A DNA stretch of 61,763 nt from an uncultured Planctomycetales bacterium (lineage in GTDB: Bacteria > Omnitrophota > Gorgyraeia > Aquiviventales > Aquiviventaceae): the NCBI GenBank assembly GCA_964372775.1, contig CAYJRJ010000002.1, positions 1 to 61,763 on the forward strand. Direction: 5' to 3'. The notes under the pieces are model-generated. The model saw nothing but the letters and a program-made list of their open reading frames with translations, was not told the DNA's origin and searched no databases. How positions within the stretch are numbered: the first letter of the stretch is position 1; each line of letters begins with the position of its first letter. The translations under genes were made by a program, and so were the position numbers. Below, in pieces: positions 60,712 through 61,763 of this stretch.

Positions 60712-61310
60712 TGCAAGAGGAACAATTACGACATTTTTTCAAGGAACTTGGCGAGGCGTGGCCCCACAAGACCACGGTCCTGGTCACCGGGGGCGCCGCG
60801 GCGTTGCTCCTCGGGGGGGCGCGGCCGACTGACGACGTGGATTTCGAGGTCCAGTTTCATACGAGAGGCGCATCGTGGGAGGGTTTTGCGATTGCGGTAC
60901 AACGGGTGTCCGAGTCCACAACGATCGGCGCGCAGTACGCGGAGTCCATCGACCGCTGGACGCAGGTCACCCTGTTGGATTATCGATCGCATACTCAACG
61001 GATTGGCCGGTTCGGCGCCATTGAGGTGCGCCTGCTCGACCCGATCTACTGGAGCATCGGCAAGGTGTCCCGGTACGAAGACCGGGATATCCAGGATCTC
61101 ATCGCGGTGTTCCGGCGTCATCAGCCTGATCCGGCCGCGGTGGCTCGCCTATGGCACCGCGCGCTCCGGAAGAGTCCCAAGTCCACCCAATTGCGCCTGA
61201 CCCTGGAACAGGCGTTACATTTCTTCCGGACGCACGGCAAGCGCATTTGGGGTCCCACGTTCTTGCTCGCCACCGTCGAAGCCATTCTCACCTCTGCTGC
61301 GCGAAAGTAG
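60711..61310 (+). CDS. minimal nucleotidyltransferase-fold protein (Pol-beta superfamily; DUF6036/AbiEii-like)
   Basis: VLVTGGAAALLLGGARPTDDVDFEV fits the hG[GS]-x9-13-DhD NTase signature. Its ATG overlaps the XRE stop (TGATG). Confidence 0.55.
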   Translation: MQEEQLRHFFKELGEAWPHKTTVLVTGGAAALLLGGARPTDDVDFEVQFHTRGASWEGFAIAVQRVSESTTIGAQYAESIDRWTQVTLLDYRSHTQRIGRFGAIEVRLLDPIYWSIGKVSRYEDRDIQDLIAVFRRHQPDPAAVARLWHRALRKSPKSTQLRLTLEQALHFFRTHGKRIWGPTFLLATVEAILTSAARK

Positions 61311-61409
61311 GAGGGAACAGTAACCTGCCATTCGTCTCTTCCGCCGCGCCTTCACCTGCTGACGCTCGAAAAAAGGTAGACGTCCCCATTTCCGAGCGAC
61401 CGCAACAAT

Positions 61410-61436
61410 AAAGCCGCCCTTTGGCCGGGCGGCTTT
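61410..61436. terminator. bidirectional stem-loop terminator between convergent genes
   Basis: aaagccgccc-tttggcc-gggcggcttt forms a 10-bp stem. A T-run follows on the minus strand. Confidence 0.65.
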
Positions 61437-61456
61437 CATGTTGGCAAGCGGGCGAC

Positions 61457-61763
61457 TTAGTGCTTGATGGAGCGGCGGCGGGTTATCGAGCCAAGTCCGG
61501 CCCACCCGAGGCCAAGCAGCAGCCACGAGGAAGGCTCCGGCACCGCCGCGCCGTCCGGCTGCCGGAAGAGCAGCGTCAGGCGCGGCCCGCTGACGCCAGG
61601 ATCAGGCGAGTAGGGTGGGGAAACTTCGCCAGCGCTGAGGTAGGCGGTTTTGACATCCGCCTCGATTCGAAACTCCAGGTAGGACCAGCCGGCATCCAAG
61701 ATGTCTTGCGCATGAGCGGTCACCGGCAGTTCGAAGAAGCTCAGATTGTAGGGAAATTGCGTC
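61457..61763 (-). CDS. PEP-CTERM-anchored secreted protein (N-terminus beyond window)
   Basis: The C-terminus VPEPSSWLLLGLGWAGLGSITRRRS is a PEP-CTERM sorting signal (PEP, TM helix, basic tail). The frame is open to the window edge. Confidence 0.8.
   Translation of the reverse strand, partial: TQFPYNLSFFELPVTAHAQDILDAGWSYLEFRIEADVKTAYLSAGEVSPPYSPDPGVSGPRLTLLFRQPDGAAVPEPSSWLLLGLGWAGLGSITRRRSIKH

Overview
This is a 61.8-kb, visibly GC-rich bacterial chromosomal segment with about 62 protein genes and one tRNA-Gln. All genes but two (6906-7268 and the partial PEP-CTERM gene at the 3' edge) are on the + strand. Many neighbours share ATGA or TGATG stop/start overlaps.

Content is mostly housekeeping:
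- ppc
- rny-ymdB-xseA-xseB-ispA-dxs-gltX
- miaB-miaA-hflX
- a CIRCE-controlled hrcA-grpE-dnaK-dnaJ operon
- accD, tal and lptD
- a UDP-sugar dehydrogenase / epimerase / aminotransferase cluster

Interspersed are a Pit/DUF47 phosphate pair, a VKOR-DsbA fusion, Bcp, two PilZ and two GGDEF proteins, small membrane proteins, a RelE/ParE-Phd pair at the 5' edge and an XRE-nucleotidyltransferase pair near the 3' edge. LptD, a TIGR04073-like protein and a PEP-CTERM tail indicate a diderm with an exosortase system. I cannot place the lineage further.

No CRISPR array, IS element, rRNA or recognisable defence island was found. The unusual signal is in the non-coding DNA and RNA-level structure:
1. A chain of decoy mini-ORFs and covarying hairpins that bury the Shine-Dalgarno (SD) sequence and start codon of miaB.
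2. Palindromic repeats inserted in frame inside miaB and dxs.
3. Many 3'-end hairpins whose arms are tandem 7-8-nt repeats, falling into several dispersed families, with one nested inside another.
4. A 23S-IVS-type four-helix-bundle gene sitting in the loop of one such hairpin, with an empty copy elsewhere in the window.
5. A GGGACAGTCCC palindrome family.
6. A 148-nt element family with terminal inverted repeats (TIRs), one copy overlapping the tal start and one abutting tRNA-Gln.

All protein calls rest on motif recognition by eye, with no database search. Start codons are best guesses.
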